IMG/VR virus record: IMGVR_UViG_3300029779_000023
DNA length: 31,490 bases
From: a virus
Direction: 5' to 3' (one strand)
Shown here: one piece after another, positions 23,771-30,908 of the stretch
Position numbering within the stretch: the stretch's first letter is position 1
Layout: each line of letters starts with the position of its first letter
Notes under the pieces: model-generated
The model's input: only the letters and a program-made list of their open reading frames with translations
Databases searched by the model: none
Told to the model about the DNA's origin: nothing
Position numbers and translations under genes: made by a program

Positions 23771-24460
23771 TCAAAACAGCGTTGTTTGCGTTGCCTTTTC
23801 CTGTTCCTCCAGCAGATCAAACAGGCGGATTTGCGCTTTCTCTTCTTCAAGCCGCCTGTTCGCCGCCTCGAAATATTTTGTATTGATTTCAAAGCCCACG
23901 TAATCAAGCCCGCCGATCCGCTGGCAAGCGACAAGGGAACTTGCGCTTCCGGCGTGCGTGTCTAAAATCTTCATACCCTTTCGGGCAAACAGGGATAAAA
24001 CCCATTCATACAGCTTCACGGGCTTTTGCGTAGGGTGGATCGTCCCTTCGATCTGCAATTCCACGCGGTTAAGCGTGAAAATCCGTGTCGGCGTGTCAAA
24101 GCTGGTATATGCAAGCTCACAATCAGACATTGAAAGCCCGCGTTGCCCCTTGTCCCATACAAGCCAGCCTTTATGCGCCTGTTTCAGCATCGGAACAAAG
24201 TAATTCCCGCCCCAAATGATTTGTTCACGGGATACCCGTTCAAGCTCTCGGAAATATTCTTCGGTCGGCGGCTTGTTGTCCCAGCCTTCCCGCGAATGCT
24301 CCTTCCGGTTATGCTTCGGATTTCTGCAAACGCGCTTCCGCTGTCCGTCAATCCCGATCCCGTAAGGCGGATCGACGATTGCAAGGTCGAAGAACCCGTC
24401 CGGAAATTCCTTCATTCCCTGCATACAGTCCAGATTATAAAGCCTGTTCAATTCAAGCAC
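23771..24460 (-). CDS. DNA methyltransferase, beta-class N6_N4 family with DPPY motif (likely N6-adenine)
   Basis: Proposed GTG start at 24460, 9 nt after GGAGG. Motif IV IVDPPYG precedes motif I-like LDTHAGSASS. The upstream part of the track ORF is Arg-rich and lacks an RBS. Confidence 0.8.
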   Translation of the reverse strand: MLELNRLYNLDCMQGMKEFPDGFFDLAIVDPPYGIGIDGQRKRVCRNPKHNRKEHSREGWDNKPPTEEYFRELERVSREQIIWGGNYFVPMLKQAHKGWLVWDKGQRGLSMSDCELAYTSFDTPTRIFTLNRVELQIEGTIHPTQKPVKLYEWVLSLFARKGMKILDTHAGSASSLVACQRIGGLDYVGFEINTKYFEAANRRLEEEKAQIRLFDLLEEQEKATQTTLF

Positions 24461-24841
24461 CGTCGATCGCCTCCTTCCTCTCTTTTTTCTCCCACCCCTC
24501 CGCCCCTCCCGCTGGGAGGGGAACAGGCTCAAAGGAATAAACCCCGCGCCCGATCCTTTATGCACATTTCCCCAGCCTTCATTGTGGAAAAGTGCAAGCC
24601 GCCTTGATAGATTTTCTTTCCCCGTCGCCGCGCTGTTCCTATCACTCACGCTTCACCCCGTAAAGGTCAAGCGGCTTCGCCGTGCTTCGCAACCTTGACG
24701 GGCTGAACCGTTCGTGATCTCTGATAAACAGGCGACGGGGAATAAACGAAAATCTATCTTCAAGGCTTCTTCTGTGATCGAAGCTGTGCTTCGTCGCCAA
24801 ACGTTACACATTTACAAGGCTTTAGAAATGCTGATCCGAAA

Positions 24842-25597
24842 TCAGCCTTTACCGTCCTTCGCCGCTCGTTTCCGTTTGCACTTCGGCGGCTCTAACACAT
24901 ACTTAAAATAAAGGTATCCATACTTCGTACTTTTCGTTTCTACTAATATATAGCCCTTCGGCGGGCGCGGCGGCTTGCTCTCCGTGTAAACCCTCTTTGC
25001 AACGGTCGGCGTTTCCCGATCCGGCTTCCGCGCGTTGCGCGTCTGCTTCCAGCGGTGTCCGCCTTGTTCCTTCGTCCAATGGTCGAAAAGGTAATTTGCA
25101 AGCCCTGTGTAATCCTGCCCGTGATCCACGCCGTCGTAATAGTTATGTTCGCGAAGGTGGTTGATCCGGACGATATTTCCGTAAATCCATTGTTTCTTGA
25201 TTGCTTCTTCCGGCACGCCGTCCGAAAGCATATGCGCGTGAATTCTGTTCGTGTTCTTGCCGCGTCCTAAATAAATGAAGATCACGGCATCGGGGAAGGC
25301 GTATTTCAGCCGCCGCACGAATAGATCGCGTATCCGCTTCGCTTCCTTGAAGGTATGTACTTCGTTTTCGTCGTCCAGCGTCAGCGTGCTATATAATGAA
25401 CGCGGGGAAAAGTTTTCATTTACCAGCCGCGCGTGTTTCCGTCTTGATATTCCGATCTTGTGTTGTTCTCGCTCTTCCTCTGTCTTAAAGCGCGGGCGCG
25501 GTTCAGCCTTCTTTATATCGGTAAGCCTGTCCGATACGTTGAAAACCTCCTGTTCGCACACAACGCCCGAAAAAATCCTTCTTTTTACTCTCTGCAT
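24842..25597 (-). CDS. HUH-superfamily rolling-circle replication initiator-like protein (251 aa)
   Basis: Motif I-like LYSTLTLD, HUH motif RIHAHMLS and a Tyr motif GLANYLFDHWTK, in canonical order. Confidence 0.6.
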   Translation of the reverse strand: MQRVKRRIFSGVVCEQEVFNVSDRLTDIKKAEPRPRFKTEEEREQHKIGISRRKHARLVNENFSPRSLYSTLTLDDENEVHTFKEAKRIRDLFVRRLKYAFPDAVIFIYLGRGKNTNRIHAHMLSDGVPEEAIKKQWIYGNIVRINHLREHNYYDGVDHGQDYTGLANYLFDHWTKEQGGHRWKQTRNARKPDRETPTVAKRVYTESKPPRPPKGYILVETKSTKYGYLYFKYVLEPPKCKRKRAAKDGKG

Positions 25598-25615
25598 ACG
25601 TCAAGCCGCCTTCCT

Positions 25616-25644
25616 TTGACAAAAAGCCGCTTTCGTGCTATACT
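25616..25644 (+). promoter_or_regulatory. Near-consensus sigma-A promoter on the plus strand
   Basis: TTGACA (25616-25621), 17 nt, TGcTATACT (-10 at 25639-25644). Confidence 0.7.
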
Positions 25645-25650
25645 ATCTAA

Positions 25651-25728
25651 TGTATTGAATAGCCTTATACGGCAACCCCGAACGGGGAAGAACCGTCCTG
25701 TACGCCCATACAGGACGGTTCTTTTTTT
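25651..25728 (+). ncRNA. Small antisense RNA (~78 nt), countertranscript to the Rep-gene leader
   Basis: Starts about 7 nt after the -10 box. It contains a weak 5' stem-loop (25652-25670), the CCCC-GAAC-GGGG hairpin (25677-25688) and a perfect 13-bp terminator stem (25690-25721) followed by T7 (25722-25728). The T-run is present only on this strand. Confidence 0.65.
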
Positions 25729-25730
25729 AT

Positions 25731-26111
25731 TTATCCATTGTTCAGCCCGTCGCCCTGCACGAACTCTTCGCATTGCGGTTCCTCGCAAGGCTTGAAGCGC
25801 ATTCCGTTTTCGCAACCTACGCACGGGGAAGGGCGCACCCCGTCCGGCGTGAAGCCCTCGCGGATCTTCTCGCATTCCTCCAGCCGCGCGCATTGATCGC
25901 ACCAGCACTTCCGGCAATCGCCGATTTCCGTTTTAACGGAACGTTCCCGTTCCTCTTCGGTTTTCCGGATTTCGCGGATCGCGGTTTCCTCCAGCATAAC
26001 GTCGTAAGCGTCCATACCCGCTTGAAAGCCTCGGATCAGCGCCGCAACCGCGAAGCCCAGCGCCGCGCCCGCTTCTTCAAGCGCTTCTGCGTTCAGCTTA
26101 ATTTCGCTCAT
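25731..26111 (-). CDS. Hypothetical Cys-rich protein (126 aa)
   Basis: RBS AAGGAG before ATG 26111. Multiple CxxC-type pairs in the C-terminal half. Confidence 0.6.
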   Translation of the reverse strand: MSEIKLNAEALEEAGAALGFAVAALIRGFQAGMDAYDVMLEETAIREIRKTEEERERSVKTEIGDCRKCWCDQCARLEECEKIREGFTPDGVRPSPCVGCENGMRFKPCEEPQCEEFVQGDGLNNG

Positions 26112-26292
26112 TCCCGCTTCTCCTTTGCATATCTGCGTTGTAGCTGTATCCGGTATTTTTCTTCGTGCCGCGCTTCCCGCAAGTGCGGAAGATCGCGACG
26201 ATCACGCAATAGATAACCAAAACCGCCGCCGCAATGCAGATAATCCCGCAAAGCAGGAAAAAGGCGTTTTGCATAAATTCAAACATTGTCAT
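26098..26292 (-). CDS. Small membrane protein (about 64 aa)
   Basis: One long hydrophobic span FFLLCGIICIAAAVLVIYCVIVAIF. The start at ATG 26292 is uncertain. Confidence 0.45.
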   Translation of the reverse strand: MTMFEFMQNAFFLLCGIICIAAAVLVIYCVIVAIFRTCGKRGTKKNTGYSYNADMQRRSGNERN

Positions 26293-26605
26293 TAAGTACA
26301 ACCTTCTTTCCCTCCATTACGCCAGCTTCTTTTAAGCGCTTGCGTAAATGCTTTTGCTGTGCAAGGATCGAAAGGGCGCGGCGCTCGTTCTGTCTGTACT
26401 GCTTCGCTATATCCTTTATATCCTCGCTTTGATAGTATCCAGCGCCGTCCTGCGCGTTAATAATGATCGCGCCCCTGCGCCGTGCCTGTTCGATTTCTTC
26501 ACGTATCTTCCGATCCGGCAAGCCCGTTGCCGCGCGAAGGTGTGCGCGTGTTACCGCGTTTTCCTTGCCGAACGGAATATAATCTGTAATGCTTGCCGCC
26601 CGCAT
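26279..26605 (-). CDS. Hypothetical protein, possible winged-helix DNA-binding protein (108 aa)
   Basis: ATG 26605 with RBS AAAGGAG. The functional call is weak. Confidence 0.5.
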   Translation of the reverse strand: MRAASITDYIPFGKENAVTRAHLRAATGLPDRKIREEIEQARRRGAIIINAQDGAGYYQSEDIKDIAKQYRQNERRALSILAQQKHLRKRLKEAGVMEGKKVVLNDNV

Positions 26606-26610
26606 TTCCG

Positions 26611-27480
26611 TTATTCTCCTTTCTCGAATACCTCTTCCGGTTTGATGTTCCACGCCGCCGCAATATGCTTCATCATATCGACGGCTTCGGCGCGCTTCTT
26701 CATATCCCCGTCAAGGTAAGATTTCAAGATTTCCGATTTCAGAACGCAAAGCGGGCGAACGCCGCCGCTCCCGTGGTACGCGTAGCTGTTGTACAGCGCA
26801 CCGTCGGAATAGACGTAGCGGACGAATGAATTTTTCGGGCTGTCCGGTGTAGCTGTCCACCACCAAGTGTCCGGAAGCTCCGGAATGTTGCCGCGAAGAA
26901 GCCTGTATTCGTCGCACGTGATAAGCCCGACGCGGACGCAATCGCCGCCGTAGTCCTTCAAGCCGTCGTCGGCGGTCAAGTCAACGTTGAAATACTCGAA
27001 CATTGCTTCCGGCGCTCCCGCTCCGATCAGCTTTTGCAGGAATTCGCCGTTCAAGAACTCGCGAATATCGGACGCGGCGAAATCGTTTCGGTTCTTCGTG
27101 TCAAAAGCGCCGTTTCCGATACACTCCGAAGCAATGCACTTCACCCAGCTTTCGGCGGTCTGAATGATTGTAAAGGCGATCCCGCCGATCGTGATTTCCT
27201 GTTTCGGCATAAAGCCGTGTTTGTTCTCTGTCATATTGAAAACCCCCTTTCTTTCCTCGGGCGGTTCTCCCGCTCGATCAATGATCCTGTTAATGTACCA
27301 AATAGCCTTTTGTAAATCCTCTTCACCGTTCTTGCGCTTCCAACGCCACAAGTATTTGATCGCGTTTGCCGTGCAGAAGGCTTCGATCCCTTCAAGCCCG
27401 ATTGTCGCCGCCTCCAGCGCGTCGATACACTCGATCCCGCCCGCGTTGTAATGCGCTGGGTGGTTTACCCGCTCCGCCAT
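26611..27480 (-). CDS. DUF3310-domain protein fused to a C-terminal Trp-rich domain (289 aa)
   Basis: The N-terminus VNHPAHYNAGGIECIDALEAA...NAIKYLWRWKRKNGEEDLQKA is DUF3310-like. The C-terminal half carries the TWWWTATPDS and GGVRPLCVL motifs. Confidence 0.65.
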   Translation of the reverse strand: MAERVNHPAHYNAGGIECIDALEAATIGLEGIEAFCTANAIKYLWRWKRKNGEEDLQKAIWYINRIIDRAGEPPEERKGVFNMTENKHGFMPKQEITIGGIAFTIIQTAESWVKCIASECIGNGAFDTKNRNDFAASDIREFLNGEFLQKLIGAGAPEAMFEYFNVDLTADDGLKDYGGDCVRVGLITCDEYRLLRGNIPELPDTWWWTATPDSPKNSFVRYVYSDGALYNSYAYHGSGGVRPLCVLKSEILKSYLDGDMKKRAEAVDMMKHIAAAWNIKPEEVFEKGE

Positions 27481-27482
27481 TG

Positions 27483-27815
27483 TCAACACTTCTTCCCGCC
27501 GTGCCTGTACGGGCGCGTTCTGTTATATTCGTGCTTCTGCGAAATTGCCGCGTCAATGTCAATTCCGGCATATCCGCAATAATCAAGAACGCGGATAATC
27601 ACGTCGGCAAGCTCGATCGGTATTCCTTCCGGCTTCCCGTTGTTTCCGGCGTAAACCTCCGTAGGCAAGCGCCCGTTGCGGTATTCCTCCAGCGCTTCGG
27701 ATACCTCCGAATGAATGAGCGCCAGCACTTCGGGGAAGCCGCGTTCTTCGTCCCACCAGCCGTGATCGACGGCGTTTTCGTGAATTTGCTTTGCAACCTC
27801 GTTAATTCCCGTCAT
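27483..27815 (-). CDS. MazG-like nucleotide pyrophosphohydrolase
   Basis: 110 aa from ATG 27815. LIHSEVSEALEE...PEGIPIELADVIIRVLDY pattern. Confidence 0.7.
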   Translation of the reverse strand: MTGINEVAKQIHENAVDHGWWDEERGFPEVLALIHSEVSEALEEYRNGRLPTEVYAGNNGKPEGIPIELADVIIRVLDYCGYAGIDIDAAISQKHEYNRTRPYRHGGKKC

Positions 27816-28143
27816 TATCGTTTTTCCTCTCTTTCCGTTTGTCTTTCGGCTCTCCGCCGTCGTTGTTCGTGTTCCTACAATCGCACGTTTCCCCGTTGTC
27901 AAGGTGTGCGCCGCAATGGTCGCATACTTTGTACTTCATTTCTTCGTTACCTCCGTTCTTTGGAATAATCAGACGGCGCAACCCGTCCGCGCATAGCGTC
28001 AAACCGTGTTCGCGAAGATAGGCGCGGCGGCGTTCCGCCTCTGCCGCTTCCCAGCCGCAAGTAGGGCATTCGGAAGCGTTGCATTTCTGAACCTTTTTCG
28101 GATCAATCCCTAAAAGGCAGATATATTCGTGTTTCTCACTCAT
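27802..28143 (-). CDS. Hypothetical Cys-rich (zinc-ribbon-like) protein, 113 aa
   Basis: CPTCGW and CDHCG...CDC clusters. Its start ATG overlaps the stop of the restored Dam frame. Confidence 0.6.
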   Translation of the reverse strand: MSEKHEYICLLGIDPKKVQKCNASECPTCGWEAAEAERRRAYLREHGLTLCADGLRRLIIPKNGGNEEMKYKVCDHCGAHLDNGETCDCRNTNNDGGEPKDKRKERKNDNDGN

Positions 28144-28559
28144 TTTTCACCCGCTCCCCGTTATAGATAACTACCATAGAAGGGAAGGGCGCGGGATCGC
28201 TGGCGTTCCCTTCGTCGTCTGTAAAGCGAAGCCGCCCGCGAACGAAGCGGATTTCTGCTTTCTCGTATATGTAATCGTGAAAATAGGCTGTATCCGTTCG
28301 AGCGGGAATAAGCAGTACAATAGCGTACCCCCCCGCGTGCTTCTTCGTATGCCTTCTTTACCCACTTTCCGATCTCGCGTCCGTAAGGCGGATTGCAGAA
28401 AACCGCGCCGCCGCGATCCCAGCTTTGCGAAAGCCCGTCCGTTTCCGGCGTATAGTAAAGCGGGCATTTTGCCGTTTTGTCTGTCGCCGCCGCGTCAAGC
28501 ACGAAGCCGAATTCTTCGTTCAGATGGTCGAAGAAGTCTTGCGGCGTACACCAATCCAT
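28136..28559 (-). pseudogene. Phage Dam-family DNA N6-adenine methyltransferase interrupted by a frameshift in a G7 run
   Basis: The N-terminal part, MDWCTPQDFFDHLNEEFGFVLDAAAT...FCNPPYGREIGKWVKKAYEEARGG, is in one frame. After C7 at 28328-28334, the family-like continuation YAIVLLIPARTDTAYFHDYIYEKAEIRFVRGRLRFTDDEGNASDPAPFPSMVVIYNGERVKNE is in the next frame and ends at TGA 28136-28138. Alternative starts are GTG 28589 and ATG 28610. Confidence 0.8.
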
Positions 28560-28581
28560 TTTCTTTGAAGATAGAAGCGCA

Positions 28582-28797
28582 CTATTCACCGCCGCCAGCC
28601 TCCTTTTCATCGGAATATACACGGACAACCGCCGCAACCTGTTCAAAGTCCAGATAGACGGGCTTGTTTTCCGTGATCCCTTCAATGTTGTATCCGGTCG
28701 CCTGTCCGAATGCGTTTCGCGTAATCGTGAACTTGTCGCACTTGATAGCGAATTCCGAACCGCTCTTCAAGATAACGCGGATCGTCATTTTAGGCAT
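28582..28797 (-). CDS. Hypothetical protein (71 aa)
   Basis: ATG 28797 with RBS GAGGTGG provided by the junction cassette. Confidence 0.55.
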   Translation of the reverse strand: MPKMTIRVILKSGSEFAIKCDKFTITRNAFGQATGYNIEGITENKPVYLDFEQVAAVVRVYSDEKEAGGGE

Positions 28798-29455
28798 TGT
28801 CCGCCACCTCGCTTTCGTCCTCGACGATCTCACCCGTAGCAGGATCGACGTTCAAGGAATATTGTTCCGGTTCTGCGGCGCGTGCCAGCTCTTTCTCCCG
28901 CTCCCGAAGGTCAAGGGAAAGAACGCATTGTTCCGTAAGCCTCTTCAAGTTATCGACAAACTGCTGGCTAATCACGTCATACGGCATAATTACCGCTTGA
29001 AGCAGGAAGCCCGCTTTCGCTACGATGTAGGGCGTTCCGCCGGGCGTGATCCGCTCGTATAGCTCCAGCACGTCTAAAATATCGGATACGGGCGAAAGAT
29101 AGCGGCTTTCGATGAACACAAGCCCGCGCCGCGTCTGCAACGGCTTCAAGGTCTTTCCGGAATAGGCGATCGAAATTGCTTCCCGCTCGACGGGCTTTTC
29201 GTTTGCGTCCATATCCTCGAAGCTGATTTCCGAAGGAATGCCCGCTACTTGAACGAACCAATCTTCCCGCTGTTTTTCCGGAACGTCGAAGATCGTTAAA
29301 AGGCTTTCTTTATCCAGCGCCGGAAGCCCCGTTACCGGATAAGCCGCCGCGCCGTCGCCGATGTATTGAACAACGCCGCCGCCTTCGGTGTACCGCTCAT
29401 AAATAACGGCGTATTTGTTCTTCTTGCAGATCGCCGCGATATTTTTAATCTTCAT
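28790..29455 (-). CDS. Hypothetical protein (221 aa)
   Basis: ATG 29455 with RBS GAGGTGG. The track ORF has a 26-codon extension with no RBS. Confidence 0.6.
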   Translation of the reverse strand: MKIKNIAAICKKNKYAVIYERYTEGGGVVQYIGDGAAAYPVTGLPALDKESLLTIFDVPEKQREDWFVQVAGIPSEISFEDMDANEKPVEREAISIAYSGKTLKPLQTRRGLVFIESRYLSPVSDILDVLELYERITPGGTPYIVAKAGFLLQAVIMPYDVISQQFVDNLKRLTEQCVLSLDLREREKELARAAEPEQYSLNVDPATGEIVEDESEVADNA

Positions 29456-29699
29456 CTTCCGCCACCTCGCTTTCGTCTGCGTCGTCCCGCTCCGTAATCG
29501 GTGGAAGGTCAACGCGGGGAAAACGTACCGCAAGCGCGATTTGACAACCGCAACGCGGGCAATCCATAGCGCTAAACCGCATCGGCGGTTTTGTCAGCGC
29601 GTCCATAAATCCGCGCGGTTCCTCTGCAACGTAGATTTCTTCCTTTGTCGGTGTTACGCGGTATCCGCAAACGCCGCACGTCTTTTTCTTTGTAAACAT
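29445..29699 (-). CDS. Zinc-ribbon protein (84 aa)
   Basis: ATG 29699 with RBS GGAAAGGGG. CGVCG ... CPRCGC motifs. Acidic tail DESEVAEDED. Confidence 0.55.
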   Translation of the reverse strand: MFTKKKTCGVCGYRVTPTKEEIYVAEEPRGFMDALTKPPMRFSAMDCPRCGCQIALAVRFPRVDLPPITERDDADESEVAEDED

Positions 29700-29719
29700 A
29701 TTGAATAGCCCCTTTCCGG

Positions 29720-30034
29720 TTAATATCTGCCGTAAACCCGAACGACGGTGAAGGGCTTGTCCGCCTTCGTCGTCGTTACGATTGCCGAAGTCATAAAGGA
29801 CACGCGCAAGAAATCCCGCGCCGCCCGCTTTGCAAGCCTCCACGTAATCATTCGGGCGTTAGGTTCCTGCATTGCGTTGCTGTCCAGCGGATATTCGCAA
29901 ATAAGAACCGTGTTCCCGAACGGTCGCCGCGCCGGACGTTCCTTCATAAACTCTTTGTTTCCCTCCTTGCACTTCACAATTTCAAGCGCCTTCGGGAACT
30001 GCCAGCCGCTGTCCTGCTTCTTTTCTTTTGCCAT
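29720..30034 (-). CDS. Hypothetical protein (104 aa)
   Basis: ATG 30034 with RBS GAGAGGGG. Confidence 0.5.
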   Translation of the reverse strand: MAKEKKQDSGWQFPKALEIVKCKEGNKEFMKERPARRPFGNTVLICEYPLDSNAMQEPNARMITWRLAKRAARDFLRVSFMTSAIVTTTKADKPFTVVRVYGRY

Positions 30035-30051
30035 AATTGCCGCCCCTCTCT

Positions 30052-30306
30052 TCAAATCTGAACCAAATTCAAAGCCGAAATAAGCCGATCCGTAATCTGC
30101 TTCCGGTGTAACTGCTTCAAGATCGTTTCTTCGTTTGCGTCGTAGTTTGCGGCAAGCGTTACGAAATACTTTAATTCCGGATTTACTCTTTGCCGAAGCC
30201 CAAGACAGAAAAGAAGGCGATCCGTTACTTCCGCTTTAAGCGGATACACGGCAATTTCTCCCGTGCTTTTGTTGATCTCTCTGCAAAGGCATATCATTTC
30301 GCCCAT
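30052..30306 (-). CDS. Hypothetical protein (84 aa)
   Basis: ATG 30306 with RBS GAGAGGGG. The longer track ORF would overlap the hydrolase gene. Confidence 0.5.
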   Translation of the reverse strand: MGEMICLCREINKSTGEIAVYPLKAEVTDRLLFCLGLRQRVNPELKYFVTLAANYDANEETILKQLHRKQITDRLISALNLVQI

Positions 30307-30320
30307 AGCCGCGCCCCTCT

Positions 30321-30908
30321 CTAATCGTCGTAAGGATTTTGCAAGCTCCAATCCCACGTTTCAGCGTCTTTCCAGCCGATCGTGAAATGATTGTTCCGCC
30401 CGTCGCCCGTGAAGTACAGGTATTCAGCCGGAAGAACCCGCCCGACGTTTTCTTCGCCGTTTTTCTCTGCGTGATAGCGTTTCAGCACGTCAGCCGCCAG
30501 CGCGGCAAGTTCTGGAAGAACGGGATAATTCGCCGAATATCCGGCGAATTGATAGGGCGCTTCTAAAACCTCCAGCACCGTGTCGGGGAAGCGCGGATCG
30601 TCAACGCGGTTCAGCACGCACCAAACGCACGCGGCTTTTTCCATATCCGAAGCGATCCCGCGTGCTTCTCCGTAAAGCATCTTCGCAAGCGCTTCAACCT
30701 CTGCCGCGTCCGGTATGTATTCCGGCTCTTCCTCTTCCGGCGCAAGCGTCAGGATCGGGGAAGGGGATATGATCGACGAAGGTTCCGCCGACGAACGCGG
30801 CATTTCCTCCGCCGCGTTCGTTCCGTTCCACGGCATAAAGGCGGCAAACGGGATCGCGACGATCACCAGCGAAAGAACCGCCGCGAACTGCCTTTGTTTC
30901 CTCTTCAC
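30321..30908 (-). CDS. Secreted or membrane-anchored cell-wall hydrolase, SleB/CwlJ (Hydrolase_2) family
   Basis: GTG start 30908 in a GTGA overlap with the upstream stop. N-terminal signal or anchor FAAVLSLVIVAIPFAAF. LAKMLYGEARGIASDMEKAACVWCVLNRVDDPRFPDTVLEVLEAPYQF matches the family core. Confidence 0.7.
   Translation of the reverse strand: MKRKQRQFAAVLSLVIVAIPFAAFMPWNGTNAAEEMPRSSAEPSSIISPSPILTLAPEEEEPEYIPDAAEVEALAKMLYGEARGIASDMEKAACVWCVLNRVDDPRFPDTVLEVLEAPYQFAGYSANYPVLPELAALAADVLKRYHAEKNGEENVGRVLPAEYLYFTGDGRNNHFTIGWKDAETWDWSLQNPYDD

Noticed and set aside
24461-24649. Upstream part of the methyltransferase ORF (GTG-started, Arg/Gly-rich, 63 codons).
   Set aside because: It has no RBS, no family similarity and a strong hairpin inside it. 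The conserved methylase begins at GTG 24460, 9 nt after GGAGG.
28161-28467. The Arg-rich C-terminal tail of ORF 28161-28685 and the overlapping ORF 28171-28467.
   Set aside because: Both are out-of-frame readings created by the G7 frameshift. The third frame carries the recognisable Dam-family C-terminus.
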